Part shown: piece by piece, positions 21,301 through 26,431 of the stretch | Layout of the letters: every line of letters begins with the position of its first letter | How positions within the stretch are numbered: position 1 is the first letter of the stretch | NCBI GenBank assembly: GCA_963827755.1 | Contig: CAWHCQ010000006.1 | Location: 1-26,431 of the forward strand | DNA length: 26,431 nucleotides | Direction of reading: 5' to 3' | Source: an uncultured Gammaproteobacteria bacterium | GTDB taxonomy: Bacteria; Pseudomonadota; Gammaproteobacteria; UBA9214 | Program-made: the position numbers and the translations under genes | Notes under the pieces: generated by a model | What the model was told of the DNA's origin: nothing | The model's database searches: none | The model's input: only the letters and a program-made list of their open reading frames with translations

Positions 21301-21801
21301 GTTCGCATGGGAATTGGATTCAACAAGACCCCGGAGGAATACGGTGCCTTCCCGACAGACCCCTATTCCCACACACCCAAACACGGTGGCGCCAAGCAGC
21401 CGGGTATGACAGGCCAGGTCAAGGAAGAGGTGCTGACCCGCTTTGGCGAGCTGGGTGTACGCGTGCGTGAGGGCGCTGTTCGATTCGAACCGGGACTGCT
21501 GCGCGCCCGCGAGTTTGTCACGAAGCCGCGGTCCTTTCGCTTCCTCGACGTCGATGAGCAGTGGCAGGAACTGGGCGTGCCGGAATCAGGGCTGGCATTT
21601 ACCTGGTGCCAGGTACCCTTCGTTTATCGCCTGGATGATTCCGCCGCACCAAAGGTGACACTTGTCCTCGATGATGACAGTCAGCAGACCCTGACGGAGC
21701 TGGCGCTGCCAACCGGGTTGAGTGCCGAACTGTTTCGGCGCAGCGGCCGTATCCGCCGGGTTGAGCTGCTGCTGGGAACAAGCCAGTTGCTTTCTGAATA
21801 A
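18356..21801 (+). CDS. GH149 beta-1,3-glucan (laminarin) phosphorylase, about 1147 aa rejoined; frameshifts near 18585 and 20105
   Basis: WLFISSTGGLTAGR, FNILRGG, YLPITFGRRHGDPSRPWN, YEGNWRDIFQNWEAL, DGYNPYR, GYWGDHQIIY, RPEWNDANNAL, FTGRSG..FGFEGLGCIYWHMVSKL, YGAFPTDPYSHTP, QPGMTGQVKE. Size and motifs fit GH149. No signal peptide. Confidence 0.88.
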
Positions 21802-21923
21802 GTACGTGCGGCCAGACCGCTTCAACACGGGGAGCGTGAATACCAGCCTTGTACAGCTGATTAAACAACTCGTGGTTGAAGCGGGATTTGCCGTGGCACA
21901 AAAAACAATCACATGAAATTCAA

Positions 21924-22066
21924 AATGAATTCGGGCCTATTGAAACACTGCTGGTCGAATGAATTCGGGCCTACTGAAACATTGCTGGTCGAATGAATTC
22001 GACCCTACTGAAACATTGCTGGTCGAATGAATTCGGGCCTACAGTAGGGCCGAATTCATTCGGCCA
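21924..22066. repeat. GTAG-type REP cluster: four tandem copies at 34-bp period plus one inverted copy
   Basis: AATGAATTCG starts at 21924, 21958, 21992 and 22026. On the minus strand the unit reads GTAGG(C/G)(C/T)CGAATTCATTCGACCA (first copy degenerate). The inverted copy GTAGGGCCGAATTCATTCGGCCA is at 22044-22066. The cluster lies between convergent genes. Confidence 0.85.
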
Positions 22067-22155
22067 ATAACCTTGCCATCAGTCATGGCGGTCGAAACGC
22101 GGCAATCCCGTTCTTCCATGCAGTCGTCTCAATGAAGAATAAACCGGCGTTTTCA

Positions 22156-23596
22156 CTAACTGACCGCTCTCGCCCCCCTTCGGGCCTCCAGTTCGCAGAC
22201 GGATTTCGTGGGCCTTTTGTTCTGAAAGATCGTAGCGCTTCATAACGGCCATGGCGATTAGCGTTCCGGTTGCGGGGACAAGGATATAGGCAAGCCTGAG
22301 ACCGTCCAGGGCTTCAGGGGTTTGTACGGCGATATCCTGGTCGAATCCAACGAGTTTGAGTATCAGGCCACTCATCAGTCCTGCAATTGCAAAGCCGAAT
22401 TTCACCATCCACCAGTAGATCGCAGCAAATGTACCTTCGCGGCGCGACCCGTTTGTGAGTTCATCCAGGTCGCAAACATCCGCGGTCATGGACATCATCA
22501 GCGTGAATAAGCCGCCGATGCCAAAGGCAAACAACGGCAGTGGAAGAAACATCATCAGCGGGTTGGCCGGTTGAAAGCACCACCAGAACAGGGAATAACC
22601 GACAATGGAAATCGACTGGGACACAAGAAAAGTATTTTTCTTGCCGATTTTCTGCGACATGAACGTGATAATGGGAATGACCAGAAAGCAGGTTGACAGT
22701 GCGCTGAGCGTGCCGAACCAGGCAGGCCATGTCCCTGCAATACCCGGATCACCCTGGAACATATAATAAACAATAATAAACCATGAAAACCCGGCGACGG
22801 TATTGAAGGCATTGAAAACAAGAAAGGTCGCAATGCAGAGCTTCGTGAAGGGTTTGCACCTGAATGTGTCGACAAACCCCTTGAAGAGACTACGTGTGTT
22901 TTCACCGATTTTTTTAAACGACAACTCCACCATATTTTCGGGCCTGACAGGCTGGGTTTTGCAAAACAGGGCGGGCACAATGGCCAGGCACAGGCAAAAA
23001 ATTCCCACCCATATGGAAAGTTCGCGGGCACCGGCATCGGACGTAGCGAAAACTTCGGGATCGTAAATCACAACCCAGAACCAGGGCACGATCACCCAGG
23101 CCCATTGCCCGATCCACTGCGCCACCGCCATCAGCCTGGTGCGCTCGTGAAAGTCGTTGCTCATCTCATAACCCATTGCCACATAGGGCGTCGAAAATAT
23201 GGTCATTCCCAGGTAAAACACCAGTGAGACAAGGAGAAAATAGGTGAAATTATAGGTTTGGGAGTTTTCGGGATAAATCTGCCACATGACGATGAAACTA
23301 ACGCCGGCGATAATCGCCCCCACAAAAATGTAAGGCCGCCGGCGTCCCCAACGGGATTTGGTGTTGTCGGTAATAAAACCCATTATCGGGTCGGTGAGTG
23401 CATCGAAAAGCCGGGGAAGGAAAAACAGGATTCCCCACAGCATCGGATCCATCCCCAGCCCCTTCACCAGAACAACCATAAAAATGGCCAGGGAAGCGGG
23501 GAACATCTGGTTGCCCAGCATACCGATCCCGAACGCAACTTTCTGTCCCAGCGGAATTCTGTCTTCAGGTGCAGTGGGATAGTGTTTTTCCTTCAT
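22156..23596 (-). CDS. Second GPH family (MelB-like, MFS_2) sugar:cation symporter; probable 1-nt frameshift near 22195 (ORF track runs on to 22079)
   Basis: TAPEDRIPLGQKVAFG, DALTDPIMGFITDNTKSRWGRRRPYI, MGYEMSNDFHERTRL, MTADVCDLDEL..GSRREG.F..IYWWMVK. Removing one base gives the ending EIRLELEARRGARAVS*, which matches the paralogue's EIRRALEQRRG. Confidence 0.93.
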
Positions 23597-23753
23597 AAAG
23601 ACTCCACATCAAGGTTTGTTATCAGAATACAGGCTGCAAGAATAACCGGATTCACTGCATGCGTCAGCTTCTTCTAAAAAGCAAAAGCTAACAAGTAGAG
23701 ATTTCCGGCAGTATCAACCGAGCGGGAGGCACTGATGGATAAATCACGATTTA

Positions 23754-24047
23754 GAGTGACACAGGGTCGGACCTATACAACATGCTGAAATTACTTATTA
23801 CTCGCCCCTGATTCGGGCTGATTTAAGGGCTTAAAATATCCTTTTCGGCTCCCAAATGACGCGCCTAAGAAATTCGGAATTTCAATACACAGTACATTAC
23901 CTATACGACAACATTGCATATGGATATTTCCTTAAACAGACTATTTTGGCATCGAAAAAGCGCCTTTAAGACAAGAATGTGAACCGAAATTACAGCTTAC
24001 TCATTCTGCTTCAACTGATTATAGAGGTCCGACCCCGGTGGCCACTC
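23754..24047. repeat. Decayed inverted-repeat pair enclosing an AT-rich segment (possible MITE/IS or REP-bounded relic)
   Basis: GGGTCGGACCT (23764-23774) and AGGTCCGACCC (24025-24035) are exact inverted copies. The next 15 nt inward match at 9 positions, and GAGTG/CACTC match further out. No target-site duplication was seen. Confidence 0.4.
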
Positions 24048-24124
24048 GGACAAGTATCCTGGTTTGTAGAACTTAACAAGTCAGGTGCATGCATGATGAG
24101 TGATCAACCCGGATGCAGCCTTCC

Positions 24125-25540
24125 CTAGCCAGCCTCCCGCCATTCGATGCTCCGGTCATCAGTGTTACGTGCAATATCTGTCACGTCAGCAGCCTTCATG
24201 GTGACCAGTTCCTCGGCGCTGCTGGGATGGATAGCAATCGTGCTGTCGAAATCGGCCTTGGTCGCACCCATCTTCACCGCTACGGCGAAGCCCTGCAGCA
24301 TCTCGTCGGCGCTGTCACCGATGATGTGGATGCCGACCACGCGCTGCTCTTGCCCGGCGCATACCAGTTTCATGGCAGTGACCGAATCATGCGCCGTCAA
24401 TGCATACCGCATGGGGGTGAATTCGCTGGCATAGACTGTTACTTCATCAGCAAAGCATTCACGCGCCTCGGTCTCTGTCATACCCACGGTGCCAATAGGC
24501 GGGTGAGAGAACACCACGCTGGGAATATTGGTGTAATCGACTTTGCTGTCGGACTGATTGTTGAACAGGCGCTCGGCCAGCCTGCGACCGGCAGCAATAG
24601 CCACCGGCGTCAATGCTGCCCTGCCGGTGATGTCACCGATGGCATAGACCCCGTGGACATTGGTGTTCTGATAGTCATCCACCGGAATAATCCCATTGGG
24701 CATTGCTTCAATCCCTGCTGCTTCAAGATTGAGCTTGCGCGTGTTGGGGCTGCGGCCGACGGCCCAGATGACACTGTCAAACCCGCCCAGGGCGCTGTCG
24801 TCTGCCGACTTCACCACGATACCATCGGCATGACCTGACAGTGCGACCGCCTGGAATCCGGTATGCACACGGATACCCTGGCGCTGCATTTCGTTTTTCA
24901 GGACAGCACTGATCATGGGGTCGAACTGCTCCATAAGGCGATCTTCCATCGCCATGACGGTGACGCTTGAGCCAAGGGCATTGAGCACACCGCCCAGTTC
25001 CACAGCAATATAGCCGCCTCCAACAATGGCCACCCGCTGCGGCTGCTCCCTCAACTCAAAGAAGCCATCGGAAGTGATACCCAGTTCGGCGCCAGGTACC
25101 GAAGGCACAATGGGTTGGCCGCCGGTGGCAATCACAATGTGATCTGCCGTGTAATGAATTCCATTGACTTCTATGGTTTTGGCGTCGACAAACCTGGCAT
25201 GACCGGACAGGTAGTCAATGCCGTTTTCATTGACATGCCTGTTCCAGAACGCATTGATATTGTTTATATATTCATCACGTCCCGTGACAAGTTTTCGCCA
25301 GTCCGTATTGCCGCGCCTTGCGTGAATACCGAAGTCGCCGGCAATGTCCACGGCATGGGCCAGGTGCGCGGCATACCACATCACTTTTTTCGGTACGCAG
25401 CCATTGTTTACACAGGTGCCGCCGATGCGGCCAGCTTCAATAATGGCCACTTTCCTGCCGTGGAAAGCAGCCTTCTCGGCGACGGCCAGACCACCGCTCC
25501 CGCCTCCGATAGCAATGAGATCGTAATGTTTTCTGCGCAT
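24125..25540 (-). CDS. garB: Glutathione-disulfide reductase family (GorA-like) flavoprotein, NADH-type glutathione amide reductase-like
   Basis: IGGGSGG, redox motif [13 protein letters not shown], and C-terminal [17 protein letters not shown] and [10 protein letters not shown] carry acidic residues where NADPH-type Gor has Arg, as in Marichromatium gracile GAR. ATG at 25540. Confidence 0.88.
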   Translation of the reverse strand: MRRKHYDLIAIGGGSGGLAVAEKAAFHGRKVAIIEAGRIGGTCVNNGCVPKKVMWYAAHLAHAVDIAGDFGIHARRGNTDWRKLVTGRDEYINNINAFWNRHVNENGIDYLSGHARFVDAKTIEVNGIHYTADHIVIATGGQPIVPSVPGAELGITSDGFFELREQPQRVAIVGGGYIAVELGGVLNALGSSVTVMAMEDRLMEQFDPMISAVLKNEMQRQGIRVHTGFQAVALSGHADGIVVKSADDSALGGFDSVIWAVGRSPNTRKLNLEAAGIEAMPNGIIPVDDYQNTNVHGVYAIGDITGRAALTPVAIAAGRRLAERLFNNQSDSKVDYTNIPSVVFSHPPIGTVGMTETEARECFADEVTVYASEFTPMRYALTAHDSVTAMKLVCAGQEQRVVGIHIIGDSADEMLQGFAVAVKMGATKADFDSTIAIHPSSAEELVTMKAADVTDIARNTDDRSIEWREAG

Positions 25541-25658
25541 GTCCGGATTCTCCTGGTCATTTTGCAGGGCGGATCTACCCGCCCTGCAGTTTCTTTTCAA
25601 AAATGATGGCCACTACAACTCCAGCAAACGATTTCCTGGTTGCTGAAACACGACATAC

Positions 25659-26402
25659 CTAGGCGGCTTCAGCTTTGTTCAAATACTGCTCCAGGGCTTC
25701 GGAACCACCAATGTAGTCACCGTTGATAAACACCTGCGGCACCGTGGATCGTCCCGAGACGGCACGCAGTGTAGCCTCGGTATAGTCCCGGTTTAGGACC
25801 AGCTCCTCAAAGCGAATACCAGCATCGTGCAACATGCCCTTGGTGCGCACGCACCAGGGACATCCCTCTCGGCTGAACACCGTGATATCCAGCGGCTTGG
25901 ACACTGCGGGGGCTATCCACGCAATCATGGTGTCTGCATCGGAGACCTCGAAGGGATCACCCGGAACATCCGGCTCGATGAACATCTTTTCGATAACACC
26001 ATCCCTCACCAGCATGGAATAGCGCCAGGAACGCTCGCCGAAGCCGAGGTCGTTCTTCGTCACCAGCATGCCCATGCCGCGACTGAAGTCGCCGTTGCCA
26101 TCCGGCAGGAAAGTGACCTCGAAGGCCTTCTGCTCGTTGCGCCATTCATTCATGACAAACGCATCGTTGACCGAGATACAGATGACTTCGTCGACGCCGG
26201 CTTGTCTAAAAGCCGGTGCCAGCTGGTTGTAGCGTGGCACATGTGTCGACGAACAGGTCGGGGTGAAAGCGCCCGGCAGTGAAAACACCACCACGGTTTT
26301 TCCCTTGAAGACATCATCACTTGTCCTGTCGACCCATTCGTGGTTATGACGGGTACGAAAAGTAACTTGTGGTACCTGTTGACCTTCCCGATTTTCTAAC
26401 AT
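25659..26402 (-). CDS. garA: Hybrid peroxiredoxin (Prx5)-glutaredoxin, glutathione(-amide)-dependent peroxidase
   Basis: [27 protein letters not shown] and RSWRYSMLV form the Prx5 part. CPWC and [14 protein letters not shown] form the Grx part. GGAG RBS; 247 aa; directly upstream of the reductase. Confidence 0.92.
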   Translation of the reverse strand: MLENREGQQVPQVTFRTRHNHEWVDRTSDDVFKGKTVVVFSLPGAFTPTCSSTHVPRYNQLAPAFRQAGVDEVICISVNDAFVMNEWRNEQKAFEVTFLPDGNGDFSRGMGMLVTKNDLGFGERSWRYSMLVRDGVIEKMFIEPDVPGDPFEVSDADTMIAWIAPAVSKPLDITVFSREGCPWCVRTKGMLHDAGIRFEELVLNRDYTEATLRAVSGRSTVPQVFINGDYIGGSEALEQYLNKAEAA

Positions 26403-26431
26403 GGTTTTACTCCTTTGGGTTTCATGAAAAG

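Noticed and set aside
21924-22066. 34-bp periodic repeats as a CRISPR array
   Set aside because: The linkers are short and nearly identical rather than unique spacers, one copy is inverted, and there are no cas genes in the window. This fits REP elements.
22079-22195. Unusual C-terminal tail on the second transporter
   Set aside because: Removing one base restores an ending like the paralogue's, with a stop at 22156.
9514-25606. Long antisense ORFs (9514..10413, 14664..15563, 15496..16383, 19458..20321, 20563..21384, 24113..24838)
   Set aside because: They are shadows of well-supported genes on the opposite strand, as expected with GC-biased codon usage.

Overview
About 23.6 kb of this window is one carbohydrate locus whose enzyme set points to beta-1,3-glucan (laminarin-type) metabolism, most likely in a gammaproteobacterium. 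A long minus-strand run (13089 to the left edge) encodes, in order: a multidomain GH16 lipoprotein, a GPH/MFS sugar symporter, an orphan RbsB-like binding protein, a universal stress protein, a GH30 lipoprotein, a clan GH-A hydrolase fused to a probable outer-membrane beta-barrel, an unknown lipoprotein and a GH1 beta-glucosidase. Next come a divergent GntR/LacI hybrid regulator, two signal-peptide-less GH17s, glgC directly upstream of a GH149 beta-1,3-glucan phosphorylase, a GTAG-type REP cluster and a second GPH transporter. The right end carries a Prx5-Grx hybrid and an NADH-type glutathione(-amide) reductase (garA/garB-like). Many genes are broken by single-base indels, which are probably sequencing errors; I rejoined them by reading across frames. 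The most interesting candidates are (i) a TonB/SusC-free import module (GH-barrel fusion plus lipoprotein) and (ii) the glgC-GH149 pairing, which could feed beta-glucan-derived Glc-1-P into ADP-glucose, in a host that has a redox pair first described in purple sulfur bacteria. Family calls come from motif recognition only; no database search was run.
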